Source of the DNA: Albugo candida
Taxonomy: Eukaryota
Length of the DNA stretch: 37,653 bases
Reading direction: 5' to 3'
Assembly: GCA_040437565.1 (NCBI GenBank)
Contig: JBDOQK010000068.1
Span: forward strand, 124,001 to 161,653
Shown: positions 10,231 to 21,464 of the stretch, in pieces
Layout: every line of letters starts with the position of its first letter
How positions within the stretch are numbered: the first letter of the stretch is position 1
Translations under genes and position numbers: made by a program
Notes under the pieces: model-generated
Told to the model about the DNA's origin: nothing
What the model saw: only the letters and a program-made list of their open reading frames with translations
The model's database searches: none

Positions 10231-11538
10231 TCACTGATGAGCTGTTGATTCGAGTAGTTGCTGCGTCAGGCGTGATACCTTCATCTCTAATTCATATTTC
10301 TCATGCATCGTTTGCTGGAGTAGTCGACGCAAGTTCTGATTTTCTATCTCGTACATCTCGATACTTTTAGTTGGCCGACTGACTTGCAAAAGACTGGGAT
10401 TGATATGCTCGTGATTCTCAGCAGTAGAATATGGCGCTGAAGTGGTATGAGTTGCTCGATTCAAAGTGTGAATAGGCTCTACCGTCGAATACATTCGTTG
10501 TGATGTTGCATTGGGCACATGAGAAGTGCTACGAACAGACGAGGTATTTCGTGCTAAATTGAATTTGACTGTCGGAAGTAGCGTCGGTAGTGCTGCGTCA
10601 CGCACAGTTTTGTGGTCGCTTGGTACCGATGAGGTTGTATTGTGATGCAAAGATGGCTGCTTTGTAGATGTGACAGTTTCCACTATAGTTTCCTTCGGTA
10701 AAAGTGATGCATCACGACTTGACTCAGTCGTGACGCAGGATGCCAGTTTTCGCCTTTTTTTCAAGGTGTTCGTATCAAAGATGGCTTCTTCATCCTTTTT
10801 TCCCACTGGAGTGCACTTCAGCGCCGTCCTATCCGCAACTGATCGAAGCGAGGCCAGCACGGCAGCGGAAACATCGTATGATGTGTCTAGTGCGGGGTTC
10901 TCTTGCGGTAGCACACAGCAATCCTCTTCAGTAGAGAAAAAACTCAATGGAACCGAATCAGTTTTCTTATTGAGCTGTTTCAAGGCTCCGCGTATTATTT
11001 CTCGCAAGGAATGCCCATATGCTCGCAATTTCGACGTCGGTAAGCCACAATTAGAAACATCGCCCGCTTTTATTGCCAGTTCGGAAATATTGGCAAGCTG
11101 ACTGTTCTCAAGTACCTCATGAGGCTCTACATTTTGTTCCTCAACGATATGTGCACGCCAGCTCTGTAAGCGCTTATAGACGTATTCCACGTGCTGTATC
11201 TCTTCCTTGCAATCGGTTCTCTTCTCTTTGCCTAATAGCGAATCTTGACTCATGCACTTGAGGTGTCGCAATCGTTCATTCAAGGTCTTTGTGTCCAGAT
11301 GTTCCCGCTCGCTTTCGGCTTTTTGAAAGAGAACATTCTCCAAACGTTGTGACAATGCTGGCAGTTTATTTCGAATTGTAGAGGGAGCCTTGGGCTTTCT
11401 ACTCTCCAACAGAGCTTGTATTTCAACGCGGATTCGCTCACGACAACGATTGAGATCTGGTCGCTGTCTCCAGTCTTCTTTCTGATTCGTAGGATACGCT
11501 GAGGATTGTGAGGTTGCTACGTTTTCTTTTTCAATCAT
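10231..11538 (-). CDS. Protein with N-terminal KIX-like (Med15-type) helical domain, HRDC-like domain, disordered region and C-terminal coiled coil
   Basis: DWR...RERIRVEI...LSQRLENVLFQKAESEREHLDTKTLNERL is KIX_2-like. VYKRLQSWRAHIVEEQNVEPHEVLENSQLANISE...GLPTSKLRAYGHSLREII is HRDC-like. First ATG at 11538. Confidence 0.7.
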   Translation of the reverse strand: MIEKENVATSQSSAYPTNQKEDWRQRPDLNRCRERIRVEIQALLESRKPKAPSTIRNKLPALSQRLENVLFQKAESEREHLDTKTLNERLRHLKCMSQDSLLGKEKRTDCKEEIQHVEYVYKRLQSWRAHIVEEQNVEPHEVLENSQLANISELAIKAGDVSNCGLPTSKLRAYGHSLREIIRGALKQLNKKTDSVPLSFFSTEEDCCVLPQENPALDTSYDVSAAVLASLRSVADRTALKCTPVGKKDEEAIFDTNTLKKRRKLASCVTTESSRDASLLPKETIVETVTSTKQPSLHHNTTSSVPSDHKTVRDAALPTLLPTVKFNLARNTSSVRSTSHVPNATSQRMYSTVEPIHTLNRATHTTSAPYSTAENHEHINPSLLQVSRPTKSIEMYEIENQNLRRLLQQTMHEKYELEMKVSRLTQQLLESTAHQ

Positions 11539-12265
11539 AAGTACAGCTATATGGTAACTGCAGAAAGGTATCAATCAGCGCAATTGCATTGCCGATAGCG
11601 ATTCACGTGCACGCAAACGCAAATCGAATTTGATTTGGAAATCAAGTGACGAATGTCGCGTCACTGAATTTGGTTATTTATGGCACCAACGAGACTTAAC
11701 TAAATCTAATATATTGCGATAAGCTTATGTTCGATCACTTGGCTCAGATTTTGTGCACAAAATAGTGTCTGTATTAACGTTAGAACGAAATTGGTATCAA
11801 AGGAGACGACTAACGGTGACTTTGCACGGTTCACTCCACCCAATCTGAATTTTGACGAATCGTGTTTTTCCGTATAGCAGACGATTTAATGTAGTAATGT
11901 GGGACCCGATTCTCCTGTTGGCAATGCCGATGCGCTGTTACTGCGCGTTACGTTCGCGGTCCAGCATAGCGGATGGCTCATCCAATTATCTTGATGCGAG
12001 AATACTCATCATTTGATTTTGCGGAAAGCAGGGAAATGATCTGGTCGAGAAATATAGAAAGCCTGTGTTGCTGATCACAGACTGGTGGACTGGGTGACAC
12101 GGTCGCTAATTTGACACGTTAATCGTTACGAAACTTATGACGCGGACATTTTTTATATTAAGACTAACATCCAGAAACGTTTCGTTCGATTGGAAGCTAG
12201 TACCCAAATAGAATTTCGCAAATTTCGACAGCACTGTCGCATTGGTTTCTGCGTGCAAAAAGATG

Positions 12266-12281
12266 CCATTTTTTAATTTAC
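12266..12281 (+). promoter_or_regulatory. INR+FPR core promoter
   Basis: CCATTTTTTAATTTAC just upstream of ATG 12289. Confidence 0.55.
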
Positions 12282-12288
12282 ACAAGAA

Positions 12289-13467
12289 ATGCTGAGCCGA
12301 TTTTGTTTGGGGTTCTTCTTCCTTGTACTGCACGCAAACGTGCCAAGCTCTGGTTCGATTTCCACGTTAAAAGCCAAATCGAAAAATAATGCCTATTTGA
12401 GAGGTTTGCCATCGATTGGGACAGCGATGAGACCCGAGAGTACGTTCCATCGCAATCTGAGTTATGGAGCAAATGATACAGTGGCAAATGGAAAAAAAGG
12501 TAACGCTGTCCTACCGGTGCAGAATAAGAGGTCGCTTCCTCCACCTGCAGTCACTCTCCCGGAAGAGCCATGTGTGGAGCTACCCCTTTTGGAAGACGAC
12601 TGCGAAGAGATCGTGTTGAAAGAAGAAGTGGAATGTGAAGAAATAGTGCTGAAAGCTGATCCTCTTGAAGGAGGTTCAATTGGTGGTGGAGCTTTACGCA
12701 CAGACGAATTGATTCTCAAGGATAAAGTGACAGATCAAAACATGAAAATTGTACCCAGCACAAACGTCACAAACGTCACAAACGTGTCCTCAGTTTCAAA
12801 CAACACGACAATTCAGAAAGTGGTAACGAATACGAGCATCACAAATCCCGCATCGGCTAAAAAAACACAGGAACCCGACTCAGCCACTGACNNNNNNNNN
12901 NNNNNNNNNNNNNNNNNNNNNNNNNNNNNNNNNNNNNNNNNNNNNNNNNNNNNNNNNNNNNNNNNNNNNNNNNNNNNNNNNNNNNNNNNNNGTTATGGAG
13001 CAAATGATACAGTGGCAAATGGAAAAAAAGGTAACGCTGTCCTACCGGTGCAGAATATGAGGTCGCTTCCTCCGCCTGCAGTCACTCTCCCGGAAGAGCC
13101 ATGCGTGGAGCTACCCCTTTTGGAAGACGACTGCGAAGAGATCGTGTTGAAAGAAGAAGTGGAATGTGAAGAAATCGTGCTGAAAGCTGATCCTCTTGAA
13201 GGAGGTTCAATTGGTGGTGAAACATTACGCACGGACGAATTGATTCTCAAGGATAAAGTGACAGATCAACAAATGAAAATTGTACCCAGCACAAACGTCA
13301 CAAACGTCACAAACCTGTCCTCAGTTTCAAACAACACGACAATTCAGAAAGTGGTGACGAATACGAGCATCACAAATCCCGCATCGGCTAAAAAAACACA
13401 GGAACCCGACTCAGCCACTGACAATGTTGACACATTCGCGTCCGATTTACTGAATTTTGGCAGCTGA
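12289..13467 (+). CDS. Small secreted acidic/Thr-Asn-rich protein (about 215 aa if the gap-spanning duplicate is collapsed)
   Basis: Signal peptide MLSRFCLGFFFLVLHANVPSSG, CEEIVLK repeats and many N-x-T/S sequons. 12461-12891 is repeated at 12992-13422 across a gap. Confidence 0.75.
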   Translation: MLSRFCLGFFFLVLHANVPSSGSISTLKAKSKNNAYLRGLPSIGTAMRPESTFHRNLSYGANDTVANGKKGNAVLPVQNKRSLPPPAVTLPEEPCVELPLLEDDCEEIVLKEEVECEEIVLKADPLEGGSIGGGALRTDELILKDKVTDQNMKIVPSTNVTNVTNVSSVSNNTTIQKVVTNTSITNPASAKKTQEPDSATDXXXXXXXXXXXXXXXXXXXXXXXXXXXXXXXXXXYGANDTVANGKKGNAVLPVQNMRSLPPPAVTLPEEPCVELPLLEDDCEEIVLKEEVECEEIVLKADPLEGGSIGGETLRTDELILKDKVTDQQMKIVPSTNVTNVTNLSSVSNNTTIQKVVTNTSITNPASAKKTQEPDSATDNVDTFASDLLNFGS

Positions 13468-13911
13468 ATAGCTCTCTAGCTACTAAACCATCTCCTATTC
13501 ATTCTCGTCTCAAGTCATTTATGTTATGTATACATAGTTTTTGCACAAAATAATACAATTAACTACGAGATCAAGTCACTGAACCTGCTTCCCTTCACAA
13601 CGTTGTATCGTTTGCCCGCATGAAATCCATATCTTTCACCTCAAGATCTACAAGATTCCTATCTTCGAATCACATAGGAACGCACACGCTCCTTTCAATA
13701 AAGCGTTACGTTGTAAGAGAAGAAAAAATTGCATCCCGAACCGCGTGGTACTCCAAGTCTTCTGATCTGCTCGGATTGGGTAATAAACACTTTTTGGTCA
13801 CTTTTGCTTGCTCCACGCATTCCATTCGGCTGATAGAACACACGTCCATGAATTTATATGTCATTCGATATTTGCGATGCCGCGTTTAGATTGACGATTG
13901 GTCAGCATATT

Positions 13912-13927
13912 TCACTAAACGATTTGC
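13912..13927 (+). promoter_or_regulatory. INR+FPR-like core promoter of the NPC1-like gene
   Basis: TCACTAAACGATTTGC ending 25 nt before ATG 13953. Confidence 0.45.
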
Positions 13928-13952
13928 TATCCTTCCGACACATTCAAACAGC

Positions 13953-16900
13953 ATGTGGCTGTTTCTAGCCGTCACAATCGCGATTTGTTTGCCGAGCTTT
14001 CGTGCCTGGATGGAAGTTCTCTTCGCTAAGCTCGCCGTCGTCTTTTTCAATTCCCTACTTCCCATATCGATCGCTGTCGCACTTATTTTCATTGCCGCAT
14101 TGTACCTCCACTTTGTCGTCTTCCATGCGCCCAAAATACTGCGAGTATCGAAACCAGTCATTTCGACACGTTTGTGGAAATACCTGCTTCTGATTTCAGC
14201 ATGTCCGGGATTGTATGCGTGGACGCTACAATCCCCACGCGGCTTCATTACCTCCTTACAACGCAAGCTGACGAGCAACAGCACCATTCCTCTCGATTTG
14301 GCTCACCTTCGTCAGTATCTCACAATGTGCCCCTACTCCAAAAAAAAAGAATGCATCGAGAATCCATGGCGATTTCCCGAACTTGGACAATATACCAAAG
14401 GACCTGGCATATGTGTGGGCTTGGACGCGGTTCCTGTCAAATTTACCAGTTCTGTCGCTGCTCTTCCAACGAGATATACGCCCATTAAAGCTAAGGATGC
14501 GATTTTACGTGGATATCAAAACAAGTTTTCTCAGTGGAGCGTGAGTAATCGTGAGCAATTTGAAGTGGATTGTCCATTGCTTTATAACCAGACGATCGCT
14601 AAAGGACAAGATTATTTGTGCTGCACCGAGTCGCAATACAAAGGGCTTCAAAGCCAAGTTCGCATGATTCCAGGGCTCTGCACTTCGTGCAAGGTGAATC
14701 TTCGTAATGTATGGTGTCAATATACGTGCAATCCAAGCAACTCGGAATTCATAGAGCCGAAATATATCCGACTCTCGTCGCCTGAAGACGACGCAAAACC
14801 TGTGGTGCCTTTTTTCGAACAAGTCACGTATTATGCTGGAGCGGACTGGATTCGTGATCTGTACGATTACTGCAAAAAAGATGCTTCATTGGTATTCCTA
14901 TGCAATCCAAACGAAGGATGCACAGATGGCTTCGGCTTGCTCAAGTTTATGGGTCAATACAAATTTGGCTCGATCGGCTCACCCGGTCAGATTGATTTCA
15001 AGACTATGGAACAAATGAAAGAACAGCAGGTCAAAGATGATATCTGTCCTTGCGTTGGAAAGAAGGATAACTGCACAGCGCCGTTGAATCATCGATTGCA
15101 GTCGTGTGCAAATGTATGCGGATCCTTGTGTGCTGTACAACCCAACGCTGTACGAAGATATCACGAGGCATGCTACAATCCAAACGTGACATTTGCATCA
15201 TTGCCTGCCCGAGACTCATTACCAGGAGTTGATGCTCCACCAGAGAATGCCAAATGGGCTCCCATTTTGAATATGCTCCGTAAGAATCTGGAAGGAAAGA
15301 TGTTTGGAGGCCTGAATCTTTTTTTGATCATATTTGGGATTATTGCTGGAGTCTGCTGTATCGCGGTGTACTTGTACGTCATGATATTTCGTCAAAAACC
15401 ACAACCAAGTGTGGATGGAAATTTCACAAGATGGAGCATTTATTCGAATGCTGCAGTGGATGAGAAGGTACTGAGTGCGACCGACCATTTTCTCATGCGA
15501 TGGATGAAGATCTGGGGCTTGCTTGTCAGCACAAGACCATGGATCGTGATCTTCGTTATGCTTGCTGTCTATACGATTTGTGCGATTGGATTATATCGCG
15601 TTCAAGTCGAGACAGATCCTGTCAAGCTTTGGGTATCCGAAAGTAATCAAGCATACAAGGAACGTGACCGATACGGAAAGATGTTTATGCCTTTTTATCG
15701 AACAGAGCAAGTGCTCATGGTGCCCAAAGATGGAGGTATCATTGGCCGTGAAGAATATATCAAGGAATCTATACGCATACAGGAAGTAGTCGCCTCTATC
15801 ACATCCACTCCACCTCCAAATTCTGCAAAATCAAGAGTTTTTCTCAAAGACATTTGCTGGAAAGCTACTGGAACGGATTGCACAGTCCAATCGATCACAC
15901 AATACTTTCAGAACAGCATGCTGCATTTTCGATTTTATGAAAAGCATGGATTAGTGATGCAGCATTTCACCAATTGCCTAAACTCACCAGCGAATGATGA
16001 CGTTCGTGTTTGCAACAAACTCCAGTCTAGTGCAGCTGCATTGAATGAGTCTATTCCTCGTTCGATGCAGTATTGTCCTTGTCTGTCATCCTTTGGAGCG
16101 CCAATGAATTTGTACAATGTTTATTTGGGTGGGTATCCTTTGGCCGCCGAAACCAATTCAACGCTTTACCTCGAAAGTGAAGCTTTTGTGTCAACAACAT
16201 TGGTCTATAATTACCAAAATCCTTCTCAAAATGAGCCCGCAATAAGATGGGAACGAAGTTTTATCGAACGGATGAAACTCGAAGCCGCTTCCAACTCTTT
16301 ATTCAATATTTATTTCATGGCTGAGATTTCTGTCCAGGACGAAATTTCAAAAGAGTCGACCGGAGACGCACTTCCTGCTGTGTTGAGCTACCTGCTGATG
16401 ATCGTGTACGTGTGCTTGGGAATCAATCGATGGAATTTAAATCGTCAGTTTTTCATCGTTTCAAAGATCACAGTTGCATTTTTGGGTATTTCTTGCATCA
16501 TTTTGGCCGTCACAGCAACAATGGGGTTTTTCTCATGGTGTGGAGTGAAATTACAATTGGTGATAATCGAAGTGGTTCCATTCCTATCGCTCGCTATTGG
16601 TGTTGACAACATCTTCCTGTTGGTACACGCTGTCGATGAGCAGCAGCATGTTTTGCGCCAAGGAGAGCCACGTCTGTTTTTCGATATGGTTCACGAAGAG
16701 GATATCACCCGAAGGAATCAAAAGGTTGTTGGAATGGCGACCCGGCTCGTGTCGGAAGGCTTGCAGACAATTGGTCCAAGTATTGCTGTAGCGTCAATGG
16801 CAGAAGCTACTGCTTTTGCACTCGGTTGTATCTCCAGCATGCCGGCAGTTCGCTATTTTGCTGCCTTCTCCTCATTGGCTGTGTTGGTCAATTTCTTCTT

Positions 16901-18770
16901 CCAAATGACATTTCTCGTCGCTGTGATCACTCTGGATAAACGGCGTGAGCTTAGCGGAACGTACGATCTTCTCTGCTGTATTTTTCGCGATCGTGGACGT
17001 CGTTTTCTACCTCAGATTTTCTACCTGAGAAGCAACGAGACCGATGGATCCAGTATGCTTGAGGATGAGATTTATCCGTATGATTCCGATCTGAAAACGC
17101 CGCAAGACGAAGTCGTGGTGGCAGCAGGCGCATTATCAGGCACATCGAGCGAACTTCAGCACCAGAAAATGCACTTTTTCGACCGCTGTATTGAGCTATA
17201 CGCTTGTTTTCTTCTGCATCGAGTCGTCAAATTGGTTGTGCTTGTTTTATTTATGCTATGGACATTATTTTCCATCGCTAGTATGGAGAAGATCAAGCTA
17301 GGGCTACCACAGGCCGAGTCGATGCCATCCAAGTCGTACATGACCAAATACTTTGACGCAATTAAAGTCTATCTTCAAACCGGACCGCCCATTTTTTTTG
17401 TGGTGGAAGGAGGATACAAACGCAATCCATCAGCTTTTGATTTCAGCAAACCGTCCATTCAAGCCAAATTTTGCCGTTCCAGAGACTTTTGTAGCGAGTA
17501 TTCGATCCCCAAGATTATCGATGCCTTAGCGAATGAAGCTGATAAAAGCATTACGCATATCAGTCCCGGTACGACGTATTCGTGGGAGGACGACTTCTGG
17601 GGCTTTGTTAGCTCCGACACGGATTGTTGTCGGCTGAATGCTAGAGGAGAATATATGCCCATTCAAGCCGATAATGCAGCTTACAAACTTGAACGATCAC
17701 GAGCTCGCACATGCCTTCCGTCTTCGAGTCACGTACCACCGATTCCTAAGGAGAGCTTCATGTCACTTTTCAGTATATTCGCGACCGCGAGTGCAGGGAG
17801 TGCATGCTCCTACGGTGGAGGGTCAATTTATCGAGGTCAGTTCAGCTTTGATCAGCATCCCGTACCAGTCTTGAACGGCTCTCACGCACCTATTATTGTC
17901 AACAAAACAAGCTATGGTGACGCTCTTACAGCAGTGAGCTATATGGTCACTTCTACAGCGAATCCAACTCAGCAATCGTACATCGACTCGTACAAGCAAG
18001 CTCGAGCGATCGCGGACTGGATCAGCAAAGAAACCGGCATTGATGTATGGGCATACGCCAACACATTTGTTTATTTCGACCAGTACTTGACTATTGAGCG
18101 AGATGCGCTCTTGTTTGTGGGGCTCGCACTTGGTGCCATTTTCATTCTTTATATGGTTTATTTCGGCTTTCGTCCGGCCTACCCGCTGATTATCACTGGA
18201 ATTGCACTCAATATGGTGATTCAAGTGATGGGAATGATGCCAGCTCTCGACATTATGCTGAATGGACTATCACTCGTGAATCTGATCATTGCCGCTGGTA
18301 TCAGTGTCGAATTCTCGGCGCACTTTGTGCGAGTGTTTGCCAAAATGAAGCCTACGATCCAATCGGGAGATGAACGAGCCAAAGCGGCATTTCGTCGCGT
18401 GCTTGTTTCCATCTTATTTGGCATTACGATCACCAAAATTATTGGTTTGAGTGCATTGATGCTGGCGGACTCGCGTATATTCCAAAAGTATTACTTTCGG
18501 ATGTATATGGCAGTGGTGGTCTCTGGTGTGTTGAATGGCACCGTGCTTCTACCCGTCCTATTGAGCATTGGAGCCGATATCAAACAACTGTTCGCTCACA
18601 AGGATGGAAAAAAGGCCGATCATAAGACCAATATGTACAGCTCAAGACCCTCTATGAATGCAGTCGGTACTTCGTCAAGTCGACTTGCTGCATTGAGCAG
18701 TACTTCCTACTTGGCTGAGTCCAGACTTGAATTTGATCCTGAAGCCTCCATGTCAAAATCTACCAAGTGA
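13953..18770 (+). CDS. NPC1: Niemann-Pick C1-like sterol transporter (RND/Patched family)
   Basis: 1605 aa. Cys-rich NPC1 N-terminal domain (LCCTESQ, CKVNLRNVWCQYTCNP), VETDPVKLW, PFYRTEQV, sterol-sensing region (VVPFLSLAIGVDNIFLL, GPSI), YFDQY, GISVEFSAH, FQKYYFRMY. Confidence 0.95.
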   Translation: MWLFLAVTIAICLPSFRAWMEVLFAKLAVVFFNSLLPISIAVALIFIAALYLHFVVFHAPKILRVSKPVISTRLWKYLLLISACPGLYAWTLQSPRGFITSLQRKLTSNSTIPLDLAHLRQYLTMCPYSKKKECIENPWRFPELGQYTKGPGICVGLDAVPVKFTSSVAALPTRYTPIKAKDAILRGYQNKFSQWSVSNREQFEVDCPLLYNQTIAKGQDYLCCTESQYKGLQSQVRMIPGLCTSCKVNLRNVWCQYTCNPSNSEFIEPKYIRLSSPEDDAKPVVPFFEQVTYYAGADWIRDLYDYCKKDASLVFLCNPNEGCTDGFGLLKFMGQYKFGSIGSPGQIDFKTMEQMKEQQVKDDICPCVGKKDNCTAPLNHRLQSCANVCGSLCAVQPNAVRRYHEACYNPNVTFASLPARDSLPGVDAPPENAKWAPILNMLRKNLEGKMFGGLNLFLIIFGIIAGVCCIAVYLYVMIFRQKPQPSVDGNFTRWSIYSNAAVDEKVLSATDHFLMRWMKIWGLLVSTRPWIVIFVMLAVYTICAIGLYRVQVETDPVKLWVSESNQAYKERDRYGKMFMPFYRTEQVLMVPKDGGIIGREEYIKESIRIQEVVASITSTPPPNSAKSRVFLKDICWKATGTDCTVQSITQYFQNSMLHFRFYEKHGLVMQHFTNCLNSPANDDVRVCNKLQSSAAALNESIPRSMQYCPCLSSFGAPMNLYNVYLGGYPLAAETNSTLYLESEAFVSTTLVYNYQNPSQNEPAIRWERSFIERMKLEAASNSLFNIYFMAEISVQDEISKESTGDALPAVLSYLLMIVYVCLGINRWNLNRQFFIVSKITVAFLGISCIILAVTATMGFFSWCGVKLQLVIIEVVPFLSLAIGVDNIFLLVHAVDEQQHVLRQGEPRLFFDMVHEEDITRRNQKVVGMATRLVSEGLQTIGPSIAVASMAEATAFALGCISSMPAVRYFAAFSSLAVLVNFFFQMTFLVAVITLDKRRELSGTYDLLCCIFRDRGRRFLPQIFYLRSNETDGSSMLEDEIYPYDSDLKTPQDEVVVAAGALSGTSSELQHQKMHFFDRCIELYACFLLHRVVKLVVLVLFMLWTLFSIASMEKIKLGLPQAESMPSKSYMTKYFDAIKVYLQTGPPIFFVVEGGYKRNPSAFDFSKPSIQAKFCRSRDFCSEYSIPKIIDALANEADKSITHISPGTTYSWEDDFWGFVSSDTDCCRLNARGEYMPIQADNAAYKLERSRARTCLPSSSHVPPIPKESFMSLFSIFATASAGSACSYGGGSIYRGQFSFDQHPVPVLNGSHAPIIVNKTSYGDALTAVSYMVTSTANPTQQSYIDSYKQARAIADWISKETGIDVWAYANTFVYFDQYLTIERDALLFVGLALGAIFILYMVYFGFRPAYPLIITGIALNMVIQVMGMMPALDIMLNGLSLVNLIIAAGISVEFSAHFVRVFAKMKPTIQSGDERAKAAFRRVLVSILFGITITKIIGLSALMLADSRIFQKYYFRMYMAVVVSGVLNGTVLLPVLLSIGADIKQLFAHKDGKKADHKTNMYSSRPSMNAVGTSSSRLAALSSTSYLAESRLEFDPEASMSKSTK

Positions 18771-19560
18771 AGACCAAGATGGTGGTAGCTCGTGAATGCC
18801 GATAAGGATTTCAGAATATCATGTAAATGCTTCAATGGCTACTTCTCTTTCTCTCCTCAACGCAAACTGTATCGTTATATATGAATTCCGGTCGGGATAT
18901 CAGCTTTGACGTCAGTTTCTTGTCAACGTAGTGATGTCATTTGTTGAACACACTGAGCGCGTTAACTGGAAAGATCCGATACAAACTTTGTGGCTTCTAA
19001 TTGACTTGATACCCTCCCTGCTATGAGGAGATTTAGACGCAGCAATGTGATATGAATGAGTGCACAGTCCTGTGCAAGATACGAGCCCCATCACATTCCT
19101 CTCTGACTGTGTGACTTCGTACAGGAGACATAATAAGAAACTGGTTTGAAACGCGATTCTGAGCAGGGTTTCACTTGTGAATAGGAATTGAAGAGTATTT
19201 CTGCCATTGCATCAAATTATACGGATGGTGTTCAGCTGAAACATCTGATGACCTCACTCTTCTACGTGAGTCAATCCAACAAGAGGATGTTAACTAGCGC
19301 ACATGCGTGAAAACACTTTTTGGTCCTAAGGTTTATGGTCGCACAATGCCATTTTTAATGAAACGATTGGGGTGCTGTAGCGCGTATTACCCATGTTTTG
19401 CTGTCTCAACTGAACCAGATTAATCAAAGTAAAGTATACAGTATCATGAAGCGTGTTCTCAATCAGTGGGGCTTCCACTTTGTTACTAACAGTTGCAAAG
19501 CGTGCGTCTTCTGTCCATTTCGGAAAGCTTTTCTGCAAAAGTAAATGATCATAGCACACA

Positions 19561-19631
19561 ACCTATATACGTAATAAACTGAAACAGTATTGGTTTTATC
19601 GAAAGACATAAAAACACTCAGAATTTGTATG
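19561..19631 (+). promoter_or_regulatory. Conserved calmodulin upstream module, copy 3
   Basis: ACCTATATACGTAATAAAC...TATTGGTTTTATC (19588-19600)...GACAT...TTTGTATG. Confidence 0.6.
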
Positions 19632-19739
19632 ATGAGAATAGAAGGAGCCAGACACTTAACCGAATGTTCTTAGTGTTTCCGTAGCCGATGATTTGCAGAT
19701 TTGCATCGAGTATTTCATATCTCAATATCTCAATCAGCG

Positions 19740-20189
19740 ATGGCCGAGCAATTATCCGAAGAGCAGATTGGTGAATTCAAGGAAGCGTTTTCACTATTTG
19801 ACAAAGACGGCGATGGAATGATTACGACGAAAGAGCTTGGCACGGTGATGCGTTCGTTAGGACAAAATCCTACGGAAGCGGAACTGCAAGACATGATCAA
19901 CGAAGTAGATGCTGATGGCAATGGAACGATTGATTTTCCAGAATTCTTGACGATGATGGCTCGCAAAATGAAAGACACTGATTCGGAAGAAGAGATCTTA
20001 GAAGCATTCCGAGTATTCGATAAAGACGGAAACGGCGTTATATCTGCAACAGAATTGCGTCACATTATGACAAATTTGGGAGAGAAATTGACGGATGAAG
20101 AGGTCGATGAGATGATAATTGACGCTGACATCAATGGTGATGGACAAATCAACTATGAAGAATTTGTAAAAAAGTTAATGGCTAATTAA
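19740..20189 (+). CDS. CaM: Calmodulin paralogue 3 (divergent)
   Basis: 149 aa from ATG 19740. EF1 [14 protein letters not shown]3 [25 protein letters not shown]-terminus FVKKLMAN. Confidence 0.97.
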   Translation: MAEQLSEEQIGEFKEAFSLFDKDGDGMITTKELGTVMRSLGQNPTEAELQDMINEVDADGNGTIDFPEFLTMMARKMKDTDSEEEILEAFRVFDKDGNGVISATELRHIMTNLGEKLTDEEVDEMIIDADINGDGQINYEEFVKKLMAN

Positions 20190-21300
20190 GGCGTGATTTC
20201 AATTCAATATAAAATTTGGTAAATACAGCCAAAATTCTCATTTCAAATTAATTGTGCGATGCTATCCCTACTAGATCCGACATTCTCATTGTAGCGAACA
20301 ATTTAGTGCCTCAAGGTGACTTTGACTAATGTGTAAAAGCTTTGTAGCAATTACGTTGGCCGCAAGCATACTGATGAAAGGTGGACGCACTCACTATTTT
20401 GCTGTCTATTTTAGAAAACAACACGATATGAAATGAGCATTACTCAGTATCTCAAGATGATAGGTTGCGTGACCGCATCTATCCGAGGACTGCACCCTAT
20501 TGGAGAAGGCTTGGAGTATCCCATGACCTGTGCTTGATTTATGTGGTGATGAGATGACGATCGGTGTCATATTGCATTTGATCAGAGGAGGGAAGAGCAG
20601 TGCCAAGACTCGTATCATGTTGTACACCCAGCTCCATATCACGAATCATAAGGATGTCAGTGCTAGAAAAAGTTGGTGTATTTGGTCATTTTTTACANNN
20701 NNNNNNNNNNNNNNNNNNNNNNNNNNNNNNNNNNNNNNNNNNNNNNNNNNNNNNNNNNNNNNNNNNNNNNNNNNNNNNNNNNNNNNNNNNNNNNNNNTTT
20801 ACAGACCAATGCGCCCGGACATTGAACATGCCAACAGCGCGTTTTTCCTTTCGAATGTGTAGATGGAGCCCGAAAGCATTTAACAATTTCCCCATTGTTG
20901 TGGGATGCATTTTAGAAGCTATAACGTTGTCGTAGTGATTAAAAACAACTTTTGTAAGACTGCATGGTATCGAACAACTAAGCACAATAATCAAAGGATG
21001 AAACCATTTACAATCTGTCCACGCTAGAAGAATGAAGAGTGAACACTCTTGCAGGACCATCAAAGAACGCAGAATTCGGGATTCATCTCTACTTGCAGTC
21101 ATTTTGAGCCGCATCGGAGGTATAGCTCCGCCTTCCGACGCAANNNNNNNNNNNNNNNNNNNNNNNNNNNNNNNNNNNNNNNNNNNNNNNNNNNNNNNNN
21201 NNNNNNNNNNNNNNNNNNNNNNNNNNNNNNNNNNNNNNNNNNNCCGCCTTCCGACGCAATCACAGATGAGACGCCTACACGTAAATAGTTCTATTATGTA

Positions 21301-21370
21301 GACTACATATGCAATAATCTGAATAAGTTTTGGTTTTATCCAAAGACGCAAAAACACTGAAAATTTGTAT
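21301..21370 (+). promoter_or_regulatory. Conserved calmodulin upstream module, copy 4
   Basis: GACTACATATGCAATAATC...TTTTGGTTTTATC (21328-21340)...GACGC...TTTGTAT. Confidence 0.65.
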
Positions 21371-21464
21371 AATGCAAATCCAACCAACTCCTTTACTGAA
21401 TGTCTTGATCTTCACACAAGATAATTTGTAGATTTACGTCGCACAATACATATCTCAATCCGCG

